Notes under the pieces: generated by a model
Seen by the model: the letters and a program-made list of their open reading frames with translations, nothing else
Told to the model about the DNA's origin: nothing
Databases searched by the model: none
Source: Nitrosopumilaceae archaeon
GTDB taxonomy: Archaea; Thermoproteota; Nitrososphaeria; Nitrososphaerales; Nitrosopumilaceae
Length of the DNA: 64,000 nucleotides
Assembly (NCBI GenBank): GCA_965203465.1
Contig: CBDBCR010000003.1
Span: 864,001-928,000 of the forward strand
Reading direction: 5' to 3'
Program-made: the position numbers and the translations under genes
Part shown: piece after piece, positions 49,368 through 59,002 of the stretch
Layout of the letters: every line of letters starts with the position of its first letter
Numbering within the stretch: the first letter of the stretch is position 1

Positions 49368-49780
49368 TCACCACATGTAGTCCCCGGACATGGTGAGAAG
49401 ATCGTTCTGCAGGGCGAGGGCCTCGGCCGCGTCCATGGGGCTTCTTGGCCGAGGCGTTCTTGATAAGGACGCTTGCGAGTATGAGCGTCATCCTCTGGTT
49501 CCTGGCGGACACGTTATTCTCGTACTTTACGAACAGCGGGTGTTCTAGGTTCATTACGACCTTGTTGGTGCGCGGATCCAGCCACCCTGCGCGCGGGTTC
49601 CTCGGCCTCTTCACGAAGCTCAGCTGTGGCGATCCCCCGCCCCGCTTGCCCTTGCCGCCGCGCCCCCCGCGTGCCTCGGGGTTGAGGAACGCGTACCTTG
49701 GATCCCTGAAGATCTTTCCGAAGAACCGGATCAAGTTCCTCGCGGCCTGATCCAAGTCTTCCACGCCACGCCGTGAAACC
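49368..49780 (-). pseudogene. Fragment resembling the C-terminus of a GHKL/MORC-type ATPase
   Basis: KVVMNLEHPLF motif, frameshift near 49440, no N-terminal part. Confidence 0.4.
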
Positions 49781-50208
49781 CGGCGACGTTTATACCTAGA
49801 GCGGGGCGTCGCCCGGTTGCGGCGTCGCGGAACGGGCGTCACACGCAGGCTGCGTCCAGCCAAGTCCAGCAACTCGGAAGCGGCGTCCCCGTCCCCCGCC
49901 ATGCCGTCGCGCCTCTTGTACGCGCCCATCCTCTCCAGCTGGGGCTGTCGTTCCCGGCAGGCGCACATTACGCGCACCCTCTAGAAAGGCGTGGGCCAAT
50001 GGAGCGGACTCGGTTGTAGACAGTAAGCCAGAGACCTACAGAACCAAGGCAGGGGCCAAGCTGGACAAAAGACATGCCGTGCCTATCATCGGCCCAGTCA
50101 CAAGAATTGTCTTTTACCACAACAGCCAAGCCACGGCGATGGCTGCGAAAGCTGCACAGCCGATCTTAAAACCGCCGATGATCTGGTCTCCGACGGCTTC
50201 CACGATAC

Positions 50209-50349
50209 TCATTCGTCGGCCACCTTCTTGATGGTGGCTATCCACTCGCCATCTATCTTGTCTACCACCGATACAGGCACCGTTGCGTACAACGACGAGC
50301 TCTTTTCAGCCGTTAGCGATAGCAACGCGATACTCGTTCTGAATTCCAT
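50209..50349 (-). pseudogene. Internally deleted AbrB/SpoVT-like gene, followed (ATGA overlap) by a stop-interrupted membrane protein remnant
   Basis: MEFRTSI...SSLYATVPVSVVDKIDGEWIATIKK lacks the L...GD.L core. Confidence 0.4.
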
Positions 50350-50607
50350 ACAGGCGAGTAAACCGCCCTCTTTATCAACCTAACCGTGCGGGCAGTGGGA
50401 TGCCCGTGATTCGCGTCTACAGGTTCTATCAGCCCGCGGCCGCCGTCACGCCGCCCCCGCACACGGCTCTACGCGGTGCAAGTCGTTTTTGCTAGAGAAC
50501 CCCAACAGACGAGAATTACACGCACCCAACCGAACCACCCCTTCCAAATTGCGAGCGCGTCTAGCTGGAAACGCCAAGTTATATCCGAATTCCGCCAATA
50601 GCCGCCG

Positions 50608-51354
50608 TTGAACAGGACCGACATACCCGGAGTGGACGAGATCGTGCAGGAGGCGATAGCCAAGATCCGGGAGGAAGATCCCGACGCGCTGACCCCGCAG
50701 GCCGTGCTGAACCACTTCTCGGACGCCGTAGAGACCGTGTTCGGGGCCACGTACGACGCGTACGAAAGGCACGAGCGGGGCAGGATAGAAGCCTACAAGA
50801 AGAGATTCACGGAGGGCCTGCCCGAGGCGATCCCGAAGGAAAGGGCGGGAAAAATCGTGAGCGAGACCGTCGACGGGATCAGGGAACTGAAGAACAGCCT
50901 CGATCAGTCCAGGGCATCCCGGGCGGGCAAGAGCTTGGAGAGGATCGTGCAAAAGCTGCTGGCGCTTGCGGGAATACCCAGCGAGGCCCTGACGCCCGGC
51001 GACAAAAAGTACAATCTGGACAGGATCGGCCTGGTGATACCGGGCAGGCAGACGGCCATCGACAGCCCCGACAAGTCGCATTTCCTCTCTCTCAAGACTT
51101 CGCTGAGGGAGCGCGGGAGCAGGTGGTCGAAGAACAGAAACCGGGGCCGGACCCACCTGATCGCCGTCCTTCGGGGAGAGGCGCCGGGCAGCGGCGTGGC
51201 GCGGGAGATCGTCAAACACGGGGTATTCTTGTACCTGCCGGACAGGATAAAGGACGGCCGCTTCTCGGACGAACCGCGGATCAGGAGGCTGTCGGATCTG
51301 CCCCTCAGCGTGGGCAGGGAATACGTCGACAGGGCCCGGGCGCAGCGTCAATAA
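50608..51354 (+). CDS. EcoRII-C-like type II restriction endonuclease, probably degenerate
   Basis: SRASRAGKSLE and SLKTSLRER. IGLVIP where (P/I)D is expected, and RERG where RERW is expected. Confidence 0.75.
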   Translation: MNRTDIPGVDEIVQEAIAKIREEDPDALTPQAVLNHFSDAVETVFGATYDAYERHERGRIEAYKKRFTEGLPEAIPKERAGKIVSETVDGIRELKNSLDQSRASRAGKSLERIVQKLLALAGIPSEALTPGDKKYNLDRIGLVIPGRQTAIDSPDKSHFLSLKTSLRERGSRWSKNRNRGRTHLIAVLRGEAPGSGVAREIVKHGVFLYLPDRIKDGRFSDEPRIRRLSDLPLSVGREYVDRARAQRQ

Positions 51355-51489
51355 TCTAGAACACGGCCGCCCGGCGCGCCAGAGCGACGGCAGGCGCCGG
51401 ATCTGAACTCGGCGGACGGATACGGGGTCGGCCGGCAGAGGCGCCGGACTCGCGCGTTTTGGATTAGGCCTGCCCGTGCCACGCTTTCC

Positions 51490-51690
51490 AGGATAGTATT
51501 ATTCAATGGGGTAGGGAAAAACCAGTCGGACTTAAAACACACCTATTTGAAAGTCTCGGAAATCCGTGAACAAAAGTGAAAAACGGGTTTTGTTCAGAGC
51601 GCCCGCGGTCCCGAGGGTCGGGCAGGCAAAGTGTGCCTCAGGAGCCCCTTGAGCGTGTCGAGGCACCCGCAAAAACGCCGTACTGCCAGC
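51490..51690 (+). repeat. Degenerate duplicate of the upstream region and 5' end of the gene at 52784 (other copy 52683-52889)
   Basis: AGGATAGTATTATTCAATGGGG.AGGGAAAAAC ... AAAAACGCCGTACT.CCAGC in both copies. Confidence 0.85.
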
Positions 51691-52134
51691 CTACCGACCG
51701 CGCCAATAGGCGCGGCGTTGCCGGGATCGGAAGCCGCGGTGGATTAGCAGATAGTAGTCGGCCAGATCGGACTCTTCCATCCACAGCGACGAAAGGAGCC
51801 TCTGAGCGTGCGGGTGTTTGCGAAGCCGCCTGGTCCATCGGCCGAGGCCATATGTGTTGAGATCTGCGAATCCTGCAAAGACCACCGACGGCAACGGCCA
51901 GAGGTGGAAGATAAGGTCCGCCGCCTGCTTTGGATCCAGTGGCATTTCGTACCCCAAGATCGCATATGCGGCGATCTCGTCCAAGACGTGTTTCGGAAGG
52001 CACGAGGTCGAAATGACCGCGTCGATATGGGCAGACACGGCAAAGAGCGCCGGTCCTGCCAGGAACAGGATCAGCAAGACGCCCGACACGGAAGCCGTGA
52101 TCTGACTTGCCAAGACAGACTGCCTTCTATGCAT
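51691..52134 (-). CDS. Hypothetical membrane protein
   Basis: N-terminal hydrophobic helix, T-rich box upstream, no recognised domain. Confidence 0.4.
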   Translation of the reverse strand: MHRRQSVLASQITASVSGVLLILFLAGPALFAVSAHIDAVISTSCLPKHVLDEIAAYAILGYEMPLDPKQAADLIFHLWPLPSVVFAGFADLNTYGLGRWTRRLRKHPHAQRLLSSLWMEESDLADYYLLIHRGFRSRQRRAYWRGR

Positions 52135-52182
52135 GCTTTCTAGCCGCGCTCTGAAGTAAAAAACCTGCGCATGCCACCGAAT

Positions 52183-52443
52183 CAGCGGCCGTCGATCGCG
52201 GCGCTCTCCAGCGCGGCGCGGATCAGCCGAGCTCGCCGCTCCGGCCGCTTTTTGATGTCGTCGTCCCAGAAGCGGATCACCGCGTACCCCGCTCCCTCAG
52301 ATCCAGGTTTACCCGGGCAGTGCCGGCTGGAACCGGTAGCGGATGCCGCCGCGCCGCAGGATCCTGGCCATTTCCCTCTCCGGCCCCGGCCCCCGGCTCG
52401 ATCTTGGACATCACTTCTGACTACTGTTGGTGGACGTGTCCAA
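52183..52443 (-). pseudogene. vsr: Vsr very-short-patch repair endonuclease, internally deleted
   Basis: MSKI...PE.EMARILRRGGIRYRFQPALPG* joined directly to GYAVIRFWDDDIKK. Confidence 0.7.
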
Positions 52444-52783
52444 CTCGGCAGATCTCATCCGAGGCAACATTTGTTAGAGGCTCCTGCTCGTAAGACCGGC
52501 TTTCGGGGCAGCCTGGCGATCGGTCATCGATACTTAGATTACAGGCAATGGTGCCAAAAGTATGAAAATTACACTAAAAAAATGATTTTTGCCAAATTTG
52601 ATCTGTTTAGGTACTAGAAATACCGAATTTAATGATAACGTCGGCGTTCCTGGCTCCAGGATCGCTCCAGGGGGCGGTTCCTAGGATAGTATTATTCAAT
52701 GGGGGAGGGAAAAACTAGATATGGTTAAAAGGCATCTATTTAAGGCGCTCTGAGATCCGCAAACAAAAGTAGAAAAACGAGTT

Positions 52784-53696
52784 TTGTTTAGAAAGCCCGT
52801 GGCGTCAAGGATTGATGAGGCAAAGGATACCCTTAGAAAGCACTTCGTGAACGTGTTGAACGCACCAGTAAAAACGCCGTACTACCAGCACCAGCTACAG
52901 ATCCTTTACGAAGGCCGTTTCTTCTGGTGGGTGGTAAAAGACGCGCTCGAAGAACTGGTCGACGAGGGGTACCTGACCGTGTTTGACAGGAAGCGTGTGC
53001 CGGATTTGGCCGATCTGAGCCACGTCCAGGCGTTAAAGTTCTATGCAAATTCAGATGCCGTCAAGACTGTCCGGGACGAGACAATTATGAAAACACACGT
53101 GTTGCGCACCGCAAAAATGCTGGACAAGTATAGCGGTGACGAGAACAACAGGGTTTTGGGGAAGCAGCTTGAAAGCCTTGTTGAGAATCAGCTAAAGATG
53201 CTCCAATTCGAAATACTGGACAAGCATACAAACAGCTACGGGGGGGGAGAAATGGCGCCAGACGAATCACAATCTGGATCTCATAGCAAGACGCAACGGG
53301 CTGGTTATAGGCGTCGAGGTTAAAAACACCCTGCGCATCATATCGGCAGACGAGGTAGATACCAAAATAGACATATGCCGCCATCTTGGAATAGTGCCTG
53401 TATTTGCAGTCAGGTGGATCAAGCCGTACATCGAATGCATACGCAGGCAAGGCGGGTTTAGCTGGGTCTTCAAGACACAGATACTTCCATTCGGTCAGGA
53501 ACAGATGGTAAACGACATGTTCGCGAGGCTTTCTGCGTCAGGAAAGAACGAGCGCGGTTACGAACTAAAATTTCCCATCACTGTAAGGAACGACCTGCCT
53601 CCAAATTCCGTAAAAATGTTTGAGCGGTGGGCTAAAAAGGCCGAGACCCATCCCCCCGTGCCGGAAAGCGGCGTGCGGTGTGCTTTCGAAAAATAG
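52784..53696 (+). pseudogene. wHTH + PD-(D/E)XK nuclease, split at a G8 tract (53240-53247)
   Basis: With G7 the frames join: LESLV...NSYGGEKWRQTNHNLDLIA...GVEVKNTL...LGIVPVFAVRW. Confidence 0.75.
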
Positions 53697-53699
53697 CAG

Positions 53700-53971
53700 A
53701 CAGCGCGACGGCTGGAAGATCCGCCCCTCACGTGCAGCTGCGACTTTGGGGTCAGGCTGCGGTTCTACCTGGCCGTGATGGGCTGCAACTTTTGGTATCT
53801 TGCCAACGCGGCGGCCAAAAAGCGGGCAGAGCAGGCAGGGATGCTGCACGAGCAGGTCGCCAAGATCCACACGGCCCCCAAGGCTTTCGTAAAACTCATG
53901 GCGAAAGTGGCCCAAAGATCTTGGCCATGAACCGCGCCGAGGTCCGGCACTGCCTGGACGGCGGCGGATAG
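53700..53971 (+). mobile_element. C-terminal remnant of an ISH3-like transposase
   Basis: TCSCDFGVRLRFYLAVMGCNFWYLAN resembles the T.S....RL..F......N.W...N tail. Confidence 0.5.
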
Positions 53972-54111
53972 GACAGCACAGGCCGCCGCACAGAAGTCAA
54001 CGAACTCAAGGCTGCCGCCGCGTGCCGTGCCGAATTTGCGCGCGCTGCGGGATGTTTGGGCCCCGGATCGGTTCTTTTGCGCTGTTCGTGCAGAAACGTC
54101 GTGCATGCAGG

Positions 54112-55983
54112 CTACAGATCATTCCTTGTATGCCCGCGCGGTCGGATCTGCGCCGTACCCGTGAGGGGGAACATTTCCAACTTCTGGGTGTGCAGCCTCT
54201 TTGCCACGGCGACTAGATCCGAGTACGTCTTGACGTATATTCTGGCGCTTGCCGCCTGTTTTATGCGAGACGGGATCGCCCGCTTGGATTCGACTTTGCC
54301 GACGATCAGATATCCCGACACCGTTCTGTATCTCCGGTCGGGGGCGTTGCCTAGCTTTTCCTCCACAAACCCGACGTATTCGGTTATTTGATCAAAGTCA
54401 CTCATTTTTGCCGAGTATCCTGGCCTTTTCAATTCTGCGACGTAGATCGTGTCACCTGCTCCGATCGATACGAAGTCCATTCTGCGATCTGGCTCGTCCA
54501 GTTGGTCGTCCGGGAACTGTTCGCGCAGCAGCTTCGAATACGGCACTTCCTCGCTCCAGTGCCCCAGCGTCGGATACAGGATCCACGGCCATTGCTTGAA
54601 ATAGTCGTGCACGGTGGGGACATCCCTGGTGTTCTCTTTGATGTGTTTTTCCAGTTGTTCGATGGCGCGTAGCCTCCCCCTCACAATACGGAACATCCCC
54701 CGGTTCTCTATCACGTTCCACTGCTTGAACATGTTGAGAAGATCCGCCGATTTGGGGCTTTCGTCTAGGCCGGCCACCATGCCCATGAACACTTGGTGGT
54801 CGATGGAGTTCCTCACGAAATTCATGAGTTCGAGGCGCTGGAGGTTGTCCAGCCCGTTGTCTGCGGTCACTGTTTTGATCAGTTTTTTGGCTACCGGCTT
54901 TTCCGGGGATTCGAGCGAGTCTGTCCAAGCGCGCAGTTTGGCGTCTTTCATCAGCTCCTCCTCGTTCCGGGTTTCCCTCTTCTCTGCCAGCTCTTCTGCT
55001 ATGCCACGCAGCCTTTTGTTGCCCCATGCCTTGAGCGCTTCCCCCTCGTCGGTCTCCCATATCAGGGAGCGCCTGTTCGTAGACACCAGATCTTCCTCCA
55101 TGTCGAAGAATTCGGCGGTAATCTCCCCGGTCAGACACGAATAAGAGTACTCGCCGCTTTTGATGTCGAATAACGTCGGCCTCTGGATAAGCTTTTTTCT
55201 GGCCAGTATGGCGATGCCGCGATCCTCCTCGTTTAGCGGGTCTCGCGTGGCCCCTATCCACCCAGTCACCCTCCAGTCCGGTTTCCCGTCCTGTATCAGA
55301 TCGTCAACCTTCCACGTGTGCTCCATGTCCTCCTTCGTCAGTTTGTCGGCGCGCGTGATGGCCTTGCCGTTGATTAGTACTTCGAACCCTCCCCCTATCG
55401 CAGAAAAGTTCTTGGCGATCGAGCGCGTGACCGATTGGATGTTTACCGGCGTTTTTCTTTTGAGGTTGGAGATCGTGACCGTGGTTCCGTCCCCTAGATC
55501 GGTCTTTTCTTTTGCGGCGGTTACCTCCGGCAGGTATTTTCCGGCGTTCTTGGCGCATTTGCGCAGCTCTTCCAGATCCATCTTGAATGAACTGCGCTCT
55601 CCGCCGCGGACGGTCTCGATCTCGACGGTGTTTGCCACGCCAAAAGTTGAAAGCTTGCCGATGCCCTTGCGCCCCATGGGGCGCCTCCCTCCGGGGGTCC
55701 TTTCTCCCCCCGCCTCGTCGCGCCGCTTGCGCCCGACCAGAATGTACTTCTCCCCGATCTCCTCATACAACATGCCGTGCCCGTCATCGCTCACGACTAT
55801 CTTGAAATCTTGGTTTGAGTCTTCGTCGGGTAGCGCCACGTCGACTTTTGTTGCGTCCGCGTCCCACGCGTTGGCGACCATCTCCGAGATTACCGGGGGC
55901 AGATAGCCGTAGAGCTTTATTCCCAGATCCTCAACGACCGAAAGTTGTATCTCCATTTCCAGGGGAGGCGCCTTCGAACCCAT
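54112..55983 (-). CDS. MORC/GHKL ATPase fused to a C-terminal restriction-endonuclease-fold domain
   Basis: EMVANAWDA, DDGHGM, GRKGIGK, GTTVTI, then RMDFV...VAELKRP. Confidence 0.88.
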   Translation of the reverse strand: MGSKAPPLEMEIQLSVVEDLGIKLYGYLPPVISEMVANAWDADATKVDVALPDEDSNQDFKIVVSDDGHGMLYEEIGEKYILVGRKRRDEAGGERTPGGRRPMGRKGIGKLSTFGVANTVEIETVRGGERSSFKMDLEELRKCAKNAGKYLPEVTAAKEKTDLGDGTTVTISNLKRKTPVNIQSVTRSIAKNFSAIGGGFEVLINGKAITRADKLTKEDMEHTWKVDDLIQDGKPDWRVTGWIGATRDPLNEEDRGIAILARKKLIQRPTLFDIKSGEYSYSCLTGEITAEFFDMEEDLVSTNRRSLIWETDEGEALKAWGNKRLRGIAEELAEKRETRNEEELMKDAKLRAWTDSLESPEKPVAKKLIKTVTADNGLDNLQRLELMNFVRNSIDHQVFMGMVAGLDESPKSADLLNMFKQWNVIENRGMFRIVRGRLRAIEQLEKHIKENTRDVPTVHDYFKQWPWILYPTLGHWSEEVPYSKLLREQFPDDQLDEPDRRMDFVSIGAGDTIYVAELKRPGYSAKMSDFDQITEYVGFVEEKLGNAPDRRYRTVSGYLIVGKVESKRAIPSRIKQAASARIYVKTYSDLVAVAKRLHTQKLEMFPLTGTAQIRPRGHTRNDL

Positions 55984-56120
55984 GGCGTGTAAAACATAGC
56001 CTGTAATTAAATACCTAACCGTTGACGTGATGCGCCCGAAAGCGGCCAGATCGGGCCCGAGATCACCGCGGTTTTCCCGGAGGCTGCCTCTCCAAGTCTC
56101 CCAATGGACGACATGATACG

Positions 56121-56350
56121 GCGATCCAACACGAAACGCGAACCCGCCTGCTGACGGTTTGTGCCACGGAGCCGCGGCGCGCGCGAATCCGAAGCCGGAA
56201 CAGGTGCCGGGCCTGGCGTCAGATGGACAAACTAAGTGCCGCGTACTTTGGTTTCCTGCCGCCGCGCCCGACTAGAATCTGGAGGCGATCCTGGTCGGAT
56301 CCGGCCCGGGCGCCGGATCTGCCGGCCGGGGCGTCGCGGCTACGGCGTGT
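56121..56350 (+). repeat. Copy A of a ~200-bp triplicated non-coding module
   Basis: Blocks GCGATCCAAC, TTGTGCCA, CGCGAATCC, GGA(A/G)CAGG(T/C)GCC, CCGCGTACTTTG and CTGGAGGCGAT occur in the same order in all three copies. Confidence 0.85.
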
Positions 56351-56414
56351 CCTGCCAGGAAGCGTGAACCCGCGGGCGCGCGGGGGCCTTAAGTGGTACC
56401 GGCGCCCTCCCGCC

Positions 56415-56780
56415 GTGTCAGTCTACGACCGGAGGGTGCAGAAAAAGGAGAGCGGCGGCCTCATCGTGTCCGTCCCGTACCAGATAGCCTACGCGCTCGG
56501 CATAGGCAAGGGCACGACCGTCCGTTTCTGGTCGGTGAACGGCAAGGCCGTCTTTAAGCCGATCGCGCCAGGCGGCCTGACGGAGAAGGACATGGCCGAC
56601 ATCGGCGAGTACGAAGAGGCGGCCGGGGAGAGCCGGGGGCCGGATCCGGTCCTGGGGCAAACCCGCCCACGCGCCTGTGGCCAGTGTCCTGACTGCGGAG
56701 AAAGGCGCCCGGGGGCTCGGGAGGAGACGTGCCGGGCGCCCGGGAATGAAGGCGACATGCCGTGGTGGGCCTTTTTTTGA
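56415..56780 (+). CDS. AbrB/MazE/SpoVT-family DNA-binding protein (paralogue 1)
   Basis: RRVQKK..GGLIVSVP..IAYALGIGKGTTVRF. CCTTAAGTGG promoter motif upstream. Confidence 0.8.
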   Translation: MSVYDRRVQKKESGGLIVSVPYQIAYALGIGKGTTVRFWSVNGKAVFKPIAPGGLTEKDMADIGEYEEAAGESRGPDPVLGQTRPRACGQCPDCGERRPGAREETCRAPGNEGDMPWWAFF

Positions 56781-57054
56781 CCAGGCTCAAGTTCACGACA
56801 GCGCCTGCTTGTGACTGCCGATAGCGTACGACGGAATCTAAACGGCGCCAAAAAGCAAGGTTGGACATGCCAAGGCGGCCGGCCAGGCCGGACGTTCAGG
56901 CGGGCAAGATGCCGCTAGAGTACTGGCCGGTGAGGCCCCGAACCGACAGCCTTACGGCTGCCGGAGATTTTTCATCCAAAAGTCGACGGCTGGGCCCGTC
57001 CCGCGGGGCGCGTACGTCTGGAACAAGTTGCCCGGTTCTGCCCGCCGGCCAGCT

Positions 57055-57273
57055 CTATCGGAGGTCCGCCGGGGCCGGCTGGCCGCCCAGCGACTTTACC
57101 CTGCCGACGCTGCCTTCCCGTAGCCTGACCTTTATCCCGTGCGGGTGCTCCTCGCTGCCGGTCAGTATCGCCTCCACTGTCCCCTCCGTGAGCCTCCCCG
57201 TTCCCTGGTCGGCCTTTGTCTCTATGCCTACCCTATCTCCGACGGCTATGTCGCTCTTCTTGGGCACGCCCAT
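57055..57273 (-). CDS. YwbE (DUF2196) family protein
   Basis: KADQGTGRLTEG.V..ILT....HPHGIKVRL..G.VGRV. Confidence 0.9.
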   Translation of the reverse strand: MGVPKKSDIAVGDRVGIETKADQGTGRLTEGTVEAILTGSEEHPHGIKVRLREGSVGRVKSLGGQPAPADLR

Positions 57274-57524
57274 GCCCCCGCTTGCAAGAGTGCCGATTTA
57301 AAGCCGCCTGTGGTGTCCGTCCGCGAGCTTTGCCCGGCGGCCGGATCCGTCCCACAGGGTTGATTACGGCGCGGCTCGTCCCATGCGCGTGTTCTTCCGG
57401 AGATCGAAGAGGGGCCTGTTCGGTTCCCCGTCCAAGGGCCGCTCCAAGAAGTCCTCCGGGTCCGGCCTGTTCGGTTCCACATCAAGGGCCATCACTAGCG
57501 GTTCCAAGCGGACAATATGAGCCA

Positions 57525-57760
57525 GCGATCCAACGTTAGACGTGGTCCATCTGCTACCAAGTCGGATTCATTTGTGCCATGGAGCCACGGGCCATGGAGC
57601 CACGGGCCATGGAGCCACGGGCCATGGAGCCACGGCGTGCGCGAATCCTGAGCCGGAGCAGGCGCCAGATCAAGATGAGTGCCGCGTACTTTGATTTCGT
57701 GCCGTCGTGTCCGCGAATACAAGCTGGAGGCGATTCTGGCCTGACCGGCCCGGGCGTACG
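57525..57760 (+). repeat. Copy B of the non-coding module, containing a perfect 15-bp x4 tandem expansion (57576-57635)
   Basis: GCCATGGAGCCACGG x4 inside the conserved block series. Confidence 0.9.
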
Positions 57761-57945
57761 GATACGGGACGGGCCGGCCGTGGCCGCCATCTCCGGGTCC
57801 GGCCGGTGTTCAGCCGGCCGAGACGGTCCGGGACGTGGGCCGCCGACGGGCGGCCCGCTTAGGTCGGGAGGATTCGGGGGAGCCGTGCTCCTCCCGTTTT
57901 GTTTTCGTTTTCGTGGGTAAATGCGAGGGCGGCGCGGCCGTGCCC

Positions 57946-58071
57946 AAAGGCGCCTCCAGGTACAGCAAAAAGGCGCCTTCAAGCACAGCAGAAAAGCGCC
58001 TGCAGGTACAGCAGGTCGTAGCAAAAGCGCCTGCAGGTACAGCAAAAGGCGCCTGCAGGCGCCTTTCTGCT
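57946..58071. repeat. Iteron-like array (5 x ~22 bp) ending in a 22-bp perfect palindrome
   Basis: Consensus AAAAGGCGCCTGCAGGTACAGC. AAAGGCGCCTGCAGGCGCCTTT at 58045-58066. Confidence 0.88.
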
Positions 58072-58238
58072 TTCAGTCGGGGCAGTTGACAGGCGCGGAC
58101 AATAGCCGGATGCTGCCCAAACAGGGTGTACATGGCGAGCGTACCCGCCCGGTCAGGAACCAAGAACGGTAGGCCGGAGACGAGATGGCCATGGATGCGG
58201 GCCGCGTGCCCGAATTCTGATCAAAGCTCCAAGATCCC

Positions 58239-58420
58239 GCGATCCAACGTTAGACGTAGGCCCATCCGCTGACGATTTGCTTGTGCCAATGGTCACGGCG
58301 TACGCGAATCCGAATCTGGAACAGGTGCCGGATCGGGCAGACAGGCCGGGCTCCGCGTACTTTGGATTTTCTGCCGCCGTGCCGTGCCACACGCGAATTT
58401 AATCTGGAGGCGATACTGGG
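58239..58420 (+). repeat. Copy C of the non-coding module
   Basis: Same ordered blocks. Shares GCGATCCAACGTTAGACGT with copy B. Confidence 0.85.
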
Positions 58421-58776
58421 CCGGGGTCGGAGCAAGCGTTGTACGATCCTTGTCAGGCTAGGGTTCTGCCTGCCGGGGCGCCGGCTCTGCCGGCGTGTCC
58501 GGTGGCCGTAAAGTCCCCGCGTTCTGCTGGCGGATCTACTGGCCGTGTCCGGCTCGGGTTCTGCCTGCCCTGGCCATATGGGCGGGATCCGGCCCGGAGG
58601 GGCCGGGCCCAGCTTGGGGGGCGGGGCCTGTGGGCCCCGCGGACGGATGTGGGGTACAGGGGCCGCCGTCGGCTCCCGGAGTCAGCTTTGGTTCGATCAG
58701 ACAGGAATGCGAAGGGCCGGCCGGCCGCGGAATCCCGTCCGGGCGGCGATCTGCCGGGCACGGTCGGGTACGATTT

Positions 58777-58866
58777 TTGGGTACGTTGCGGGCGGCCGAA
58801 ACTGGGACAAACGTACTGTTGTGCATGTTTCTTGGGTACGTTGCGGGCGGCGAAAATGGGGACGAA
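58777..58866 (+). repeat. Direct repeat with 20-bp identical core, 55-bp spacing
   Basis: TTGGGTACGTTGCGGGCGGC at 58777 and 58832. Confidence 0.85.
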
Positions 58867-59002
58867 AGCGCCTTTGTGTACGATTTATGGGCGCGTTGGC
58901 ACAGCGTGGACGGAGGCCCGCCCGTCCAGGCCGGCCCAACTGTACTGTTGTGGGCGATTCTTGGCATGTTTGCGCCTTAAGTGGAAACCGGCCATTCTCG
59001 GC

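Noticed and set aside
52555-52620. AT-rich segment ending GGTACTAG as an ISH3-type end
   Set aside because: No matching inverted partner was found, so the evidence is too weak.
57835-58172. Lys/Ala-rich ORFs over the iteron array
   Set aside because: Repeat units of 21-23 bp break codon phase, so the translations are repeat artefacts.
56121-58866. CRISPR array
   Set aside because: The repeats are either tandem without unique spacers or long and irregularly spaced, and no cas genes are present.
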